Positions 20,130-28,850 of a stretch of 64,000 nt of DNA are shown in pieces. A program made the position numbers and the translations under genes. Numbering within the stretch: position 1 is the first letter of the stretch; every line of letters begins with the position of its first letter. The notes beneath the pieces were generated by a model. That model had not been told where the DNA came from. It searched no databases and saw nothing but the letters and a program-made list of their open reading frames with translations. Source of the stretch: Candidatus Woesebacteria bacterium RIFCSPLOWO2_01_FULL_39_23 (GTDB lineage: Bacteria; Patescibacteriota; Microgenomatia; UBA8517). The stretch covers positions 72,647 through 136,646 of the forward strand of contig MGHG01000012.1 of the NCBI GenBank assembly GCA_001793095.1. The letters run 5' to 3'.

Positions 20130-22358
20130 ATGGATTTGAAAAATTTTCTGCCCAATCGTGAGAAGGCTCATGATGAGTACTTCTGGTCGTTAATAATTGA
20201 ACCCGGATGGGTCCAATCGGGCGTTTGGAGGATTAAGGAAAATAAGGTACAAATTATTAATATCGGCCCTTCAACAGCATGGGGACTAGACGAAGAGCTA
20301 GTGGGCGCGGTTGATGCCTGTCTTTCCTCAGCAATTCAAGATTTTCCTGAGGATATAGGAGAGCCACAAAAAACTGTTTTCGGAGTTAATTCGTCGTGGG
20401 TGACGGAGGGACAAATTAAGGAGGAATACTTGGTAAAAATTAAAAAAATTTGTTCTGAACTTTCTTTAACTCCTGTCGGTTTTGTTGTACTTCCTGAAGC
20501 GATCGCAAATTATTTTAAGTCCGAAGACGGCGTACCCTTAAACGCAATAGTTTTGGGGATTTCGAAAGATACTTTAGAGCTATCGCTTTTCCGTTTAGGA
20601 AATCTTGTTGGTATTTCTCAAATTTCAAGAAGTGTGTCTGTTGTTGATGATGTAAGCGAAGGACTTACGCGGTTTGCGTCAAACGAAGCTTTCCCGTCGA
20701 GGGTAATAATTTATGATGGCAAAGAAGGCGAGTTGGAGGAAGTCAGGCAAGACCTAATCCGGGCGAGTTGGGAAGACTACGGTAAGATAAAATTTTTACA
20801 TACTCCAAAGGTTGAAATATTAGACCCCGAAAGGAAATTGTATGCAGTGTGCTTAGCCGGAGGAGCTGAGTTAGGCCATGTTGAAGCTGTTGTGCCTTTG
20901 GCGAGACCTGAAGAACCTGAAACGGTACCTCCAAGTTTAGCTACTGAAGAAATCGACAATGTTGCAGAAACCGCCGAGGAATTTGAACCCACGGATTTTG
21001 GCTTCGCACTTAATGAAGATGTAACAGAGCAGCAAAAAGTTGCTCCAGTATCTGAAGAAATTACCTCCGATAGGCAGCAACCGCAGGAATTACCACCCAA
21101 CTCTCCTCCGACTACACATCGTCCCAAGAAAAGGTTTATTCCAACCTTTTCATTTGCAGGGTTACGGACAAGAATCTCGGGAGAATTTGGTGGTTTAAAA
21201 AGGCCACGACTAAATTTCACCGGAGCTGGGAAACCGCTATTTTTGGGATTGTTTTTTTTCGTAGTAATCTTAATTGCCGGGTTTGCTTTTTGGTGGTTTT
21301 ATCCTAAAGCAACGGTATCTATATTTATTTCAACGAAAAGGTTGGACGATAAAATAGCTATTTATATCGATCCTTCAGTCACAAGTCCGGATTTTGAAAA
21401 AAGTACACTTCCCGGTGAGGTTTTAAAAGTAACGGTTGACGGAGAAAAAACCGGAAGTGTAACCGGAACAAAAGTTGTTGGTGATAAAGCAACCGGTGAA
21501 ATAACAATCTACAGGTCAGGTTCTGAAGTAAATTTGGCCGCCGGGACTGCAATTCATGGACCGGGAGGATTGGATTTTACTCTTGATAACGATGTAAAGG
21601 TGGCAAGCGGTTCGGTTATCACGCGGGGTGTTACCAAAACAAAAGTCTCAGCAAAGGATATTGGGGCTCAGTACAATTTGGCGTCGGGTGCAACATTTAC
21701 TGTAGGAACTTACTCAAGTGCAGACATGGAGGGTACTAATGAAACTGCGTTTTCCGGAGGTTCTAGTCGGGAAATTAACGCAGTCGCGGAGGATGATCAA
21801 AGCGAACTTTTGGATAATCTGACTAATGAACTGGAAGAAAAGGCAACCGGGGAACTTGAACAGCAACTTGGAGAAGATAAAATTCTCATAAAAGATTCGT
21901 TAAAGACCGAAATAACCGATAAAACTTTCAATTACAAGGTGGGTGACGAAGCAAGTTCGTTAAAACTTAATTTAACTATCGATGTAACAGCAATATCTAT
22001 TAATAAAAGTTCGTTGACAGAGATGGCTAAAAAGACGTTAACTGGCCGGGTTCCTCAAGGATTTTCATTAAAAGATGACCAGATAACAACTGAGTTTGAA
22101 GTTAAAGAGGAAAAAGACGGAATTTATGAAGTATCGGTCGTTGTATCTGCGGATCTTTTGCCTCAGGTTGATCCCGATGAAGTAACCAAAAATATATTGG
22201 GAAAGTATCCAACCCTGGCAGAGGATTACTTTACCCAAAATATTCCCGGTTTTGTCAGAGCAGAAATTAAATTCAATAAACCCCGATTACCAGGGCGGCT
22301 AGGAACACTTCCCCGAGTTTCTAAAAACATAGATGTTATAGTAAGTGCAGAAAAGTAA
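20130..22358 (+). CDS. Hypothetical single-pass membrane protein: cytoplasmic N-domain (possible degenerate actin/FtsA-PilM-like fold), Pro-rich linker, TM helix, ~350-aa extracytoplasmic domain
   Basis: TM segment LFLGLFFFVVILIAGFAFWWF mid-protein. Translationally coupled to the downstream sortase (TAATG overlap). Confidence 0.5.
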   Translation: MDLKNFLPNREKAHDEYFWSLIIEPGWVQSGVWRIKENKVQIINIGPSTAWGLDEELVGAVDACLSSAIQDFPEDIGEPQKTVFGVNSSWVTEGQIKEEYLVKIKKICSELSLTPVGFVVLPEAIANYFKSEDGVPLNAIVLGISKDTLELSLFRLGNLVGISQISRSVSVVDDVSEGLTRFASNEAFPSRVIIYDGKEGELEEVRQDLIRASWEDYGKIKFLHTPKVEILDPERKLYAVCLAGGAELGHVEAVVPLARPEEPETVPPSLATEEIDNVAETAEEFEPTDFGFALNEDVTEQQKVAPVSEEITSDRQQPQELPPNSPPTTHRPKKRFIPTFSFAGLRTRISGEFGGLKRPRLNFTGAGKPLFLGLFFFVVILIAGFAFWWFYPKATVSIFISTKRLDDKIAIYIDPSVTSPDFEKSTLPGEVLKVTVDGEKTGSVTGTKVVGDKATGEITIYRSGSEVNLAAGTAIHGPGGLDFTLDNDVKVASGSVITRGVTKTKVSAKDIGAQYNLASGATFTVGTYSSADMEGTNETAFSGGSSREINAVAEDDQSELLDNLTNELEEKATGELEQQLGEDKILIKDSLKTEITDKTFNYKVGDEASSLKLNLTIDVTAISINKSSLTEMAKKTLTGRVPQGFSLKDDQITTEFEVKEEKDGIYEVSVVVSADLLPQVDPDEVTKNILGKYPTLAEDYFTQNIPGFVRAEIKFNKPRLPGRLGTLPRVSKNIDVIVSAEK

Positions 22359-23017
22359 TGAATGTTAAGCCCAGAAAGTTATTAGCAGTTTTTTTGGGTC
22401 TGACGGGCATAGGGCTTATTGTATTTGTAACTGCACCTATTCTTTCCTACGAGATTGCTTCTAGGCAGAAGTACCCCACAATTATCAGTCCTTTAACTAA
22501 GAACGAAAGCTTAAAGGGAACTTTAGAAAAAGATTATAAGGATCCGGAAACCTGGTTTGATAAAAATATTAATGACGAAGACTCCGGTTCTCACGAGGTC
22601 GAATTCTACACATTATCTATACCTAAGTTGAAAATTAAGGATGCCAGAGTATATTTTGGTGGGGAAGATTTATCGAAAAATTTAATACAGATTCCCGGGA
22701 CCGCGGTTCCCGGCAGAGTTGGAAATACAGTAATTTTCGGACATTCTGTATTACCTATTTTTTTCAATCCTGAAAATTACTTGACTATCTTTTCAACACT
22801 TCCCAGACTTGAGGTGGGAGATGAGTTTAGTGTCAAATACGACGGAATTACTTACAGTTATATTGTAAAAGATATGTTTGAGGTTATGCCAAGCGATATT
22901 CAAATACTTGAACAAAATACAGACAGTTCATACATTAGTCTCGTTACGTGCGTACCGCCCGGACATCCATTGAAACCCAGAAGACTTGTTGTTCGCGCTA
23001 AAATACAACCAGTATGA
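22358..23017 (+). CDS. Sortase family transpeptidase
   Basis: N-terminal TM, His motif GNTVIFGHS, catalytic Cys motif SLVTC, Arg RLVVRA. Confidence 0.75.
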   Translation: MNVKPRKLLAVFLGLTGIGLIVFVTAPILSYEIASRQKYPTIISPLTKNESLKGTLEKDYKDPETWFDKNINDEDSGSHEVEFYTLSIPKLKIKDARVYFGGEDLSKNLIQIPGTAVPGRVGNTVIFGHSVLPIFFNPENYLTIFSTLPRLEVGDEFSVKYDGITYSYIVKDMFEVMPSDIQILEQNTDSSYISLVTCVPPGHPLKPRRLVVRAKIQPV

Positions 23018-23427
23018 TAATTTTAGGTATTGATTACGGAAAGAGTAAGATCGGTTTTGCGATTTCGGAATCGAAAATTGCAGAACCTTATCGTGTGGTA
23101 AAGATAAAGTCAATGGAAGATGCAATCGAGAAAGTAAAAGAGGTAGTATCCTCTTTCGCCAAGGCTTCAGAGGACAAGCAAGTAGAACAGGTAGAGCAGG
23201 TAGTAATTGGGGATTCGGAGGGGAGAATGGCGGAAGAAACAAAAGAATTCGGAAGAAAATTAGGAGAAAAACTCAATATCCCGGTTATTTTTCAGGATGA
23301 AACATTAACAACCCAGGAAGCTCAAAGATTGTCAATAGAAGCAGGTATTAAAAGAAAAAAGCGCAAAGCACTCGAAGACGCCTATTCCGCAGCATTAATT
23401 CTCCAGGCATATTTAGACAACCTTTAA
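23014..23427 (+). CDS. ruvX: Holliday-junction resolvase-like RuvX/YqgF (pre-16S rRNA nuclease)
   Basis: ILGIDYGKSKIGFAIS N-terminus, RNase H-like. Confidence 0.8.
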   Translation: MIILGIDYGKSKIGFAISESKIAEPYRVVKIKSMEDAIEKVKEVVSSFAKASEDKQVEQVEQVVIGDSEGRMAEETKEFGRKLGEKLNIPVIFQDETLTTQEAQRLSIEAGIKRKKRKALEDAYSAALILQAYLDNL

Positions 23428-23573
23428 AGGTGGCACCTCGCCGAGCCGGGTCTCTCTGAGCAGGAGGCTTACAAGGTAGTTGAAGAATGTGATTTAAATT
23501 ACAGAGCACCTTCAGATTGTTTTTTTAGAATGGTTTGATATTTACTTCTTAAAATTGTGTTATACTAAAATAT

Positions 23574-23771
23574 ATGCTCAAGGATGTAATTGCCCCGATT
23601 CAAGCTTGGCTACTCTCGCAAGGAAGATGTGTTGGTTGTGGAAAACCTCTTTTAAATAAAAAGAGCGTAAAGCGCGATGGAACCGAGAAAGTAACCTGCG
23701 AGTGCGGACGAATCTATATTCACGATACCAAAACTAATAAATACCGTCGAGCTCTCCTGGAAGAAGTATAG
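23574..23771 (+). CDS. small zinc-ribbon protein
   Basis: 65 aa with CxGCG ... CECG cysteine pairs. Confidence 0.4.
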   Translation: MLKDVIAPIQAWLLSQGRCVGCGKPLLNKKSVKRDGTEKVTCECGRIYIHDTKTNKYRRALLEEV

Positions 23772-23783
23772 GTTCAGAGAACC

Positions 23784-24273
23784 TGAAAACTCAGATTACT
23801 CAGACTGTCAGATGATCGGCTAATACGAAAATCAGAATTTGCTGGATTTCCAGACTTTATGTAATCTATTTAATCGTTTGGATAAGACTATATATTTGTC
23901 TTCAATTATTTTACCATCGTCATTTAATCGGGGTACAGCAATAACGACGGTTCTTATATGGGTTACTACTTCATCCGATGAGCCAATACATATTTTTAAA
24001 TGATGTTTAAAGGTTGCTTCAGAATTTCTTTTAGCTCAGCCTTCAGCTAGATTTGTTGGTACAGATTTTCCAGCCCTCTTCGAATTACGTACTGAATCCA
24101 TTTCACTTAGAGGTACTTTTTGTAGAAATTCATATAAATCTTTAAGATTTTCCAGAGATAAATTATATACATGTAAATCAGTAACATCTTTTAACATACA
24201 TAAATTCTACCAAAAATCCAGACTTTCTGATTATCAGATATTCCGGATTTCTGGTTGGCTGAGTTTTCAGAGT
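23784..24273. mobile_element. Putative small insertion bounded by imperfect terminal inverted repeats (outer 12-bp perfect IR CTGAAAACTCAG; inner IR AATCAGAA..CTGGATTT; direct repeat CCAGACTTT)
   Basis: IRs read directly at 23784-23795 vs rc of 24262-24273, and 23831-23850 vs rc of 24212-24232. The segment holds the four-helix-bundle pseudogene. Confidence 0.35.
23833..24198 (-). pseudogene. Four-helix-bundle protein (TIGR02436 / 23S rRNA IVS-protein family) interrupted by a single in-frame TGA at codon 54
   Basis: Minus-strand translation MLKDVTDLHVYNLSLENLKDLYEFLQKVPLSEMDSVRNSKRAGKSVPTNLAEG*AKRNSEATFKHHLKICIGSSDEVVTHI... matches the family pattern DL.VWQKS..L...IY.LTKKFPKEE...SQIRRAAVSIPSNIAEGYGRRS.KEYIQFLYIARGSLAELETQL. 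The TGA sits where the conserved Y/F follows AEG. Confidence 0.6.
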
Positions 24274-24301
24274 GATCTGATAATCTGTTATACTCAATTT
24301 C

Positions 24302-25315
24302 ATGAAGTTCAGAAAAGTGTTTCTTGTCCCTATTCTACTGATTTTTTTAGTAATTATTGCGGCGACTGGATCTTTCTTTTGGTGGAAAAACAATTCACAG
24401 CCGGTGTCAACTGATAAAGAAACAAAGGATTTTGTAGTCGCAAAAGGCAGAGGAGCAACACAGATTGCCCAAGAACTTTACAAGCAAGGTTTGATCAGAA
24501 GTCCATTGGCTTTCAAGTTCTACATTCAATTTAAAGGCAAAGCGGAGGATATTCAAGCCGGGCGTTATAGCCTTACGGAGTCGGCCGCTATTCCCGAGAT
24601 TGTAACCCTCCTGACTAAAGGCCCAAAAGATTTATGGGTGACTGTTCCTGAAGGATTGAGACATGAAGAAATTGCCGAGCGATTTATACAAGGTTTGGGA
24701 AAAGAGGGGGAGGAGGCGGAAGAATTTCGTCAGGAATTTATTTCTGCTTCTAAAAGTTCCGAAGGCTATTTATTTCCTGATACTTATCTTTTTCCTCGCG
24801 AGGCTAATGCTTCGATGGTTATCTCCTCTATGAGAGACACTTTTGACAAGAAAACAAAAGATATAAAAAGTACTGCTACATCAAAGTTAAACTGGAATCA
24901 GATTGTAACTCTTGCTTCAATTATAGAGAGGGAAACTAAAATCGGAGAAGAAAGATCGATTGTAGCGGGTATTTTAATGAATAGGCTCAATATTGGAATG
25001 GCACTTCAAGCTGACGCAGCAGTTCAATACGCAGTATCAAATGCTAAATGCCAAATTCTAAATGCTAAATGTAATGATTGGTGGCCAATACTTACTTTGG
25101 AAGATTTGCAGATTGATTCGCCTTTCAATACATATAAATATCAGGGGTTACCGCCTTCTCCTATTTCCAATCCAGGCCTGTCGTCTATTGAAGCTGCTGT
25201 AAAACCGGCAGATACAGAATACATTTATTATATACATGATCCCGAAGGAAATATTCACTATGCAAAGACGCTTGCGGAACATAACGAAAATGTCAGAAAA
25301 TATCTGGGAAAGTAA
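24302..25315 (+). CDS. mltG: Endolytic murein transglycosylase MltG (YceG-like)
   Basis: N-terminal TM, then AGRYSL, YLFPDTYLFP and GILMNRL motifs. Confidence 0.8.
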   Translation: MKFRKVFLVPILLIFLVIIAATGSFFWWKNNSQPVSTDKETKDFVVAKGRGATQIAQELYKQGLIRSPLAFKFYIQFKGKAEDIQAGRYSLTESAAIPEIVTLLTKGPKDLWVTVPEGLRHEEIAERFIQGLGKEGEEAEEFRQEFISASKSSEGYLFPDTYLFPREANASMVISSMRDTFDKKTKDIKSTATSKLNWNQIVTLASIIERETKIGEERSIVAGILMNRLNIGMALQADAAVQYAVSNAKCQILNAKCNDWWPILTLEDLQIDSPFNTYKYQGLPPSPISNPGLSSIEAAVKPADTEYIYYIHDPEGNIHYAKTLAEHNENVRKYLGK

Positions 25316-25360
25316 GCACTTCGGGACTTGACCCCACACAATCTCGCTCTCAATTGTGAC

Positions 25361-25388
25361 TTGACTAATTGACTTGGTATTATATAAT
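25361..25388 (+). promoter_or_regulatory. Sigma70-type promoter: TTGACT, 16-nt spacer, TATAAT
   Basis: Hexamers read directly upstream of rpoB. Confidence 0.5.
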
Positions 25389-25425
25389 GCCTCCTAGGCG
25401 TACTTAGTTACGCTCGTATTATTAT

Positions 25426-25450
25426 CCCAAGAATACTCTTGGGTTTTTTC
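25426..25450 (+). terminator. Leader hairpin CCCAAGA-ATAC-TCTTGGG plus T6 (attenuator-like), 28 nt before the rpoB ATG
   Basis: Stem-loop and U-run read directly. Confidence 0.45.
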
Positions 25451-25477
25451 GGTGAAAAAAATTAAAAATTCAAAATA

Positions 25478-28400
25478 ATGCCTAAAAATTCCACCCGCCG
25501 AAACTTTGGTAAGATTGAATCTAACTTACCTGAACTAGATTTAATATCAATACAAAAGGAGTCGTGGAATTGGTTTATAGAAAAAGGCATAGAAGAAGAG
25601 CTATCAGACTTATCTCCAATAGATGATTTCACCGGTAAAAATTGGAGAATTACACTCGGTAATCCTGTAATGGGAACACCAAAAGTAACTTCCCGCGTAT
25701 GTCAGGAAAAAGGCATTACCTTCTCAGCACCTCTTAAAATAACTGCAACATTAATAAATAAAAGAACCGGCAAAGAAGTTTCTCAGGAGGTTTTTCTGGG
25801 GGATTTACCTCAAATGACTTCGCGTGGAACCTTTGTTATAAATGGAATTGAGCGCACTGTTATAAACCAAATAGTAAGAAGCCCCGGAATATATTTCTCG
25901 GGTGAGCTTGATGTCTCAACTGGTCGAATGCTTTACAAAGCTGAAGTAAGACCACTCAGGGGTTCGTGGTTAGAGTTTGAGGTGGGTAGAAACGACGTTC
26001 TGGCTGCTAGAATTGATAGACGAAGAAAGGTAATTGCTACAGCGTTTCTGCGAGCAATCGGTGTTGAGAGTGATGAGGAAATTGTAAATCTTTTTAAAGG
26101 TGAAGATACGGATAATCTCCATAGATATATAGCCGCTACAGTTGCGAAAGATCCTTCCAAAAATCGCGACGAAGCGCTACTGGAAATTTATCGAAAAATG
26201 CGACCTGGTGAGCCGGTTTTGTTGGATAATGCAGAAAACCTCTTCACAGGACTCTTCTTTGATCACAAAAGGTATGATTTGGGTAGTGTCGGAAGATTTA
26301 AAATAAATAAAAGATTCGGACTTTCGGTTCCTAACTTTAAAGATAACTGGATTCTTACACGTCACGATGTGGTTGGTACACTAAAATACCTTGTTAATTT
26401 ACAGAACGGAAAAGGAAGAGCCGATGATATTGACCACCTTTCAAACAGAAGATTGAGAAGAGTTGGCGAACTCGTAGCTACAAACGCTTTCAGAATAGGA
26501 CTTTTAAGACTGGAGCGCTCTGTTAAGGAGAAAATGAGCTTGATATCTCCTGATGATAAGCCGGTTCCCTCAAACCTTATTAATGCAAGGCCGCTTATAG
26601 CTTCCCTTAATGAGTTCTTCCGTTCCAATCAGCTATCAACGATACTTGATGATACGAATCCCCTTTCTGAACTGGATAATCTGAGAAGAATTTCGGTTCT
26701 TGGTCCGGGAGGCATTAATAGAGAGAGGGCTTCTTTTTCGATTCGTGACGTAAATTCTTCACAATACGGGAGAATCGATCCGGTCAGAACTCCCGAGGGT
26801 CCAAATATTGGGCTCGTAACTTATCTTGCTCTTTATGCCAAAGTAAACGAATACGGTTTTATTGAAACCCCTTATAGGAAAGTGGAAAAAATTAAGAAAA
26901 ATGGGAAAACAAAAGTCAAAGTATCAGACGAAGTAGTTTATCTGACTGCTGATGATGAGGAACAATATCACATAACCCACTCCGGAATTGAAATAGATAA
27001 CTGGGGTTATATTAACGAAGAGAGATTGCCTTTCCGGTTTCAAGGTACTGTTTCCGAGGGTCCTGTTGATTTGGTTGACTTGATTGATTTAACGCCAAGA
27101 CAAGTTGTCGGAACATCGGCTTCCCTTATCCCTTTTTTGTCACATGACGAGGGTAACCGTGCACTTATGGGTAGCAATATGCAGTGCCAGGCGGTTCCAT
27201 TGGTATTACCGGAGTCACCGATTGTAGGAACTGGCATGGAGGAGGATATAGCTAAAGGGATGAGTAGAAGCGTATATGCCCGCCGTAGCGGTAAAGTGAG
27301 TTACGTCGACGCAGAAAAAATTATTTTGGATCTCGATAAAAAAGCTGATGAGCTTGAGATAAGCGAGGACATAGAATTAATTGACGGCGGGAAAAGAGAA
27401 GTTTATCTGCTTTCCAAATTTAAAAAGACAGCTCATTCGACTTGCTATAACCAGAGGGCAAGAGTAATGGTTGGAGCAAAGGTTAAAAAAGGAGATCTTT
27501 TGGCAGACGGACCGGCTATTGATAGTGGAGAGCTTGCGTTGGGTAGAAACCTTGTGGTTGCATACACGTCATTGGAGGGTTATGGATTTGAAGATGCCAT
27601 TTTGATTTCGGACAGGGTGGTTAAAGAAGATTTATTGACATCAATCCATATTGAAGAATACGAAGCAGATGTTGTAGATACAAAACTTGGTCCGGAAGAA
27701 ATCACGCGCGATATTCCGAATGTATCCGAGGGAGACCTAGCCAACCTGGCGGAAGACGGGATAATTGTTGTCGGAGCTGAGGTGGGACCGAATGATATAT
27801 TGGTCGGAAAAATTGCACCCAAAGGAGAAACCGAACTCACCTCAGAAGAGCGTCTTTTGAGGGCAATTTTTGGAGAAAAGGCACGTGAGGTCAGAGATAC
27901 ATCTTTGAGAGTTCCCCATGGAGAGAAAGGCATAATAATCGGAGTTTCAATTTTAGACCGTGATAAGGGCGACGAACTGGGCCCGGGTGTTATTAAAAGG
28001 GTGTTGGTTAAAGTTGCACAGATTAGAAAAATTATGGTAGGGGATAAAGTCGCCGGTAGGCATGGAAATAAAGGTGTCATTGCAAAGATTATGCCAATAT
28101 CGGATATGCCGTATTTGGCGGATGGAACACCTGTAGATATAATTATTTCTCCGCTATCAGTTCTTGCAAGAATGAACCTTGGTCAGCTTCTGGAAACGCA
28201 CTTAGGTTGGGCATTATTGAAGTTGGAAGAAAAGGCAAAACTGCCTGTATTTGATAAAGTAACTGAAGACCAAATTCTTAAAGAGCTTGAAAAAGCGCAC
28301 CTTCCGCTCACGGGGAAAACTCGCCTTTACGATGGTAAAACCGGAGAAGCATTTAAAGAGGATACTGTTGTTGGAATCGGCTACATTCTTAAACTCACGC

Positions 28401-28849
28401 ACATGGTTGAGGATAAAACTCACGCACGATCAACTGGTCCGTATTCTTTGGTAACGCAACAGCCTCTTGGAGGAAAGGCTCAAATGGGAGGTCAGAGGCT
28501 TGGAGAAATGGAAGTTTGGGGATTAGAAGCTCATAGAGCTGCATATGTGCTTCAGGAGATGTTAACAATAAAAAGCGATGATATTTCGGGCAGGGCACGT
28601 GCATTTGAGGCAATTGTTAAGGGTGTAGATATTCCCGAGGCTACAATTCCCGAAAGCTTCAGGGTTTTAGTTCGTGAGCTTAATTCCCTCGGTCTTTCGA
28701 TAGAAGCACTGGGCGGGGTATATCGGGAAGAAACACAAACCTTGGATCAGGGTGGCCTTGAACTGGCGCAAGCAGCCGGTGCGGAGGTAGTTGTAACTAA
28801 AGAACTATTGGCTCCAAGTGGGCCCATGGAGATAGAGGAGGCAAATTAA
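25478..28849 (+). CDS. rpoB: DNA-directed RNA polymerase subunit beta
   Basis: 1123 aa, conserved beta-subunit blocks throughout. Confidence 0.95.
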   Translation: MPKNSTRRNFGKIESNLPELDLISIQKESWNWFIEKGIEEELSDLSPIDDFTGKNWRITLGNPVMGTPKVTSRVCQEKGITFSAPLKITATLINKRTGKEVSQEVFLGDLPQMTSRGTFVINGIERTVINQIVRSPGIYFSGELDVSTGRMLYKAEVRPLRGSWLEFEVGRNDVLAARIDRRRKVIATAFLRAIGVESDEEIVNLFKGEDTDNLHRYIAATVAKDPSKNRDEALLEIYRKMRPGEPVLLDNAENLFTGLFFDHKRYDLGSVGRFKINKRFGLSVPNFKDNWILTRHDVVGTLKYLVNLQNGKGRADDIDHLSNRRLRRVGELVATNAFRIGLLRLERSVKEKMSLISPDDKPVPSNLINARPLIASLNEFFRSNQLSTILDDTNPLSELDNLRRISVLGPGGINRERASFSIRDVNSSQYGRIDPVRTPEGPNIGLVTYLALYAKVNEYGFIETPYRKVEKIKKNGKTKVKVSDEVVYLTADDEEQYHITHSGIEIDNWGYINEERLPFRFQGTVSEGPVDLVDLIDLTPRQVVGTSASLIPFLSHDEGNRALMGSNMQCQAVPLVLPESPIVGTGMEEDIAKGMSRSVYARRSGKVSYVDAEKIILDLDKKADELEISEDIELIDGGKREVYLLSKFKKTAHSTCYNQRARVMVGAKVKKGDLLADGPAIDSGELALGRNLVVAYTSLEGYGFEDAILISDRVVKEDLLTSIHIEEYEADVVDTKLGPEEITRDIPNVSEGDLANLAEDGIIVVGAEVGPNDILVGKIAPKGETELTSEERLLRAIFGEKAREVRDTSLRVPHGEKGIIIGVSILDRDKGDELGPGVIKRVLVKVAQIRKIMVGDKVAGRHGNKGVIAKIMPISDMPYLADGTPVDIIISPLSVLARMNLGQLLETHLGWALLKLEEKAKLPVFDKVTEDQILKELEKAHLPLTGKTRLYDGKTGEAFKEDTVVGIGYILKLTHMVEDKTHARSTGPYSLVTQQPLGGKAQMGGQRLGEMEVWGLEAHRAAYVLQEMLTIKSDDISGRARAFEAIVKGVDIPEATIPESFRVLVRELNSLGLSIEALGGVYREETQTLDQGGLELAQAAGAEVVVTKELLAPSGPMEIEEAN

Positions 28850-28850
28850 T

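Noticed and set aside
23833-24198. Possibility that TGA is a sense codon (genetic code 25, as in Gracilibacteria/SR1), which would make the four-helix-bundle gene intact
   Set aside because: TGA terminates highly conserved genes here exactly at their canonical ends (rpsI ...SPKR-TGA, rplX and rpmC in ATGA overlaps, rplO), so the standard code applies.
23574-24198. The small Zn-ribbon protein and the four-helix-bundle pseudogene both begin MLKDV
   Set aside because: Nucleotide sequences of the two starts differ (ATGCTCAAGGATGTA vs ATGTTAAAAGATGTT) and no further similarity exists, so this is probably coincidence.
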